Shown here: one piece after another, positions 62,633 to 64,000 of the stretch | Layout: each line of letters opens with the position of its first letter | Numbering within the stretch: the first letter of the stretch is position 1 | Assembly (NCBI GenBank): GCA_963666835.2 | Contig: CAXXGO010000001.1 | Span: 224,001-288,000, forward strand | Length of the DNA: 64,000 nucleotides | Direction of reading: 5' to 3' | From: Phycisphaerae bacterium | GTDB lineage: Bacteria; Planctomycetota; Phycisphaerae; UBA1845 | Position numbers and translations under genes: made by a program | Notes under the pieces: model-generated | What the model was told of the DNA's origin: nothing | Seen by the model: the letters and a program-made list of their open reading frames with translations, nothing else | Database searches by the model: none

Positions 62633-64000
62633 ATGCATCCTTCGACAATCGCCATTCTGGATTTCGGCAGTCAATACGTACAACTCATCGCGCGCCGCGT
62701 GCGCGAGAATCACGTACACAGCGTGATCGTCCAGCCGGACATCTCATCGAAGGAACTCGAGGAGATGAACACGGTCGGTCTGATCTTCTCCGGGGGACCG
62801 TCCAGCGTCTACGGCGCGGGGGCGCCGCGTTGCCGAGAGGAGCTTCTGGCGATGGGCCTTCCCGTGCTGGGGATCTGTTACGGCATGCACGTGGCGTGCA
62901 ATATTCTCGGCGGCAATGTCGGCGAGACATCGTCGAAAGAGTACGGGCGTACCCCGATCGAGACCATCGGTACGAGCCGTCTGCTGGCCCATGTTCCGCC
63001 GCAGACTTCGGTGTGGATGAGCCACGGGGACGTCGTTGACCGGTTATCTGATGACTTCGTTCCGCTCGCTACGACGGAGAGTTGTCCGTATGCGGCGGTG
63101 CATCACCGGTCCAAACCGGTCTACGGGGTGCAGTTTCACCCCGAAGTTTCACATACACCGTACGGTAACCAGATCATCCGCAATTTCCTCTACGACATTT
63201 GCGGTTGCACGGGCGACTGGCAGGTCGGACACGTCATCGATACGTCGATCGCGGCGATTCGGGCGCAGGTCGGCGGATCTGCCCGAGTGATCTGCGGTTT
63301 GTCCGGCGGGGTGGACAGTAGTGTCACGGCCAAGCTACTGCACGAGGCGATCGGCGATCGACTCACCTGTATCTTCGTCGATAACGGCTTGATGCGCAAC
63401 GGCGAGGTCGATCTGGTGGAGGCCACTTTCTGCGAACATTTCAAGATCGATCTACGCGTGGCCGACGCCGTCGACCGGTTCCTCGACAAGCTTGAAGGAG
63501 TGGACGATCCCCAGCAAAAGCGGATCATCATCGGTCACGAGTTCATCGACGTTTTCAAGAGCGAAGCGCAAGACATCCCGAATGCCAGATTCCTGGCTCA
63601 AGGGACTCTCTACCCCGACGTGATCGAGTCGGGACACAGTGCGGCCGGGGAGGCGGCCAACATAAAACTGCACCACAACGTCGGAGGTTTGCCCGCGGAG
63701 CTGGGCTTCGAACTGGTCGAACCGTTACGCGACCTCTTCAAGGACGAGGTTCGCCGCGTGGGTGAGCATCTCGGCTTGCCCGAGGAGATTGTCTGGCGAC
63801 ATCCGTTCCCCGGGCCGGGCTTGGCCGTGCGAATCCTCGGACCGGTTACGCGGGAGCGGCTGGCCGTGCTCCGCGACGCGGACGAGATCATCATCGAGGA
63901 GATCCGCACGGCCGGCTGGTACAATAAGATCGCCCAGGCCTTCGGCGTTCTGCTGCCGGTCAGTGCCGTGGGCGTAATGGGCGACGGTCGGAGCTATTCG
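62633..64000 (+). CDS. guaA: GMP synthase (glutamine-hydrolysing), 3'-truncated by the window
   Basis: Read directly (missing from the ORF track): [52 protein letters not shown]. Confidence 0.97.
   Translation, partial: MHPSTIAILDFGSQYVQLIARRVRENHVHSVIVQPDISSKELEEMNTVGLIFSGGPSSVYGAGAPRCREELLAMGLPVLGICYGMHVACNILGGNVGETSSKEYGRTPIETIGTSRLLAHVPPQTSVWMSHGDVVDRLSDDFVPLATTESCPYAAVHHRSKPVYGVQFHPEVSHTPYGNQIIRNFLYDICGCTGDWQVGHVIDTSIAAIRAQVGGSARVICGLSGGVDSSVTAKLLHEAIGDRLTCIFVDNGLMRNGEVDLVEATFCEHFKIDLRVADAVDRFLDKLEGVDDPQQKRIIIGHEFIDVFKSEAQDIPNARFLAQGTLYPDVIESGHSAAGEAANIKLHHNVGGLPAELGFELVEPLRDLFKDEVRRVGEHLGLPEEIVWRHPFPGPGLAVRILGPVTRERLAVLRDADEIIIEEIRTAGWYNKIAQAFGVLLPVSAVGVMGDGRSYS

Overview
A GC-rich bacterial chromosomal segment, most likely Planctomycetota (class Phycisphaerae). 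That assignment is inferred from a prepilin H-X9-DG protein, DUF2617, a planctomycete-type HTH-REC regulator, dockerin/IPTL-CTERM surface proteins and CxxCGYDL-CPECG proteins. Housekeeping genes include transketolase, dusB-rpoN, recR-ybaB-dnaX with the SRP RNA, secDF, queF, xerD, tRNA-Ala(GGC), guaB and a partial guaA. These are interleaved with a pqiA/pqiB pair, a two-component pair and many large secreted Cys/Asp-rich surface proteins. Intergenic regions are mosaics of REP-like palindromes. Best leads: (1) an unannotated ORF just upstream of secDF with an N-terminal hydrophobic signal and a C-terminal IRSHAPP motif, a candidate ribosome-arrest 'secretion monitor'; (2) a translationally coupled array of variable-core, zinc-ribbon membrane protein cassettes flanked by ~580-bp direct repeats beside xerD; (3) a putative cohesin/dockerin surface system with two different C-terminal sorting signals and a nearby atypical CPBP protease; (4) a ~2170-codon protein of 33-aa Cys/Asp repeats broken at one garbled repeat. 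All family calls come from reading motifs by eye; no searches were run.
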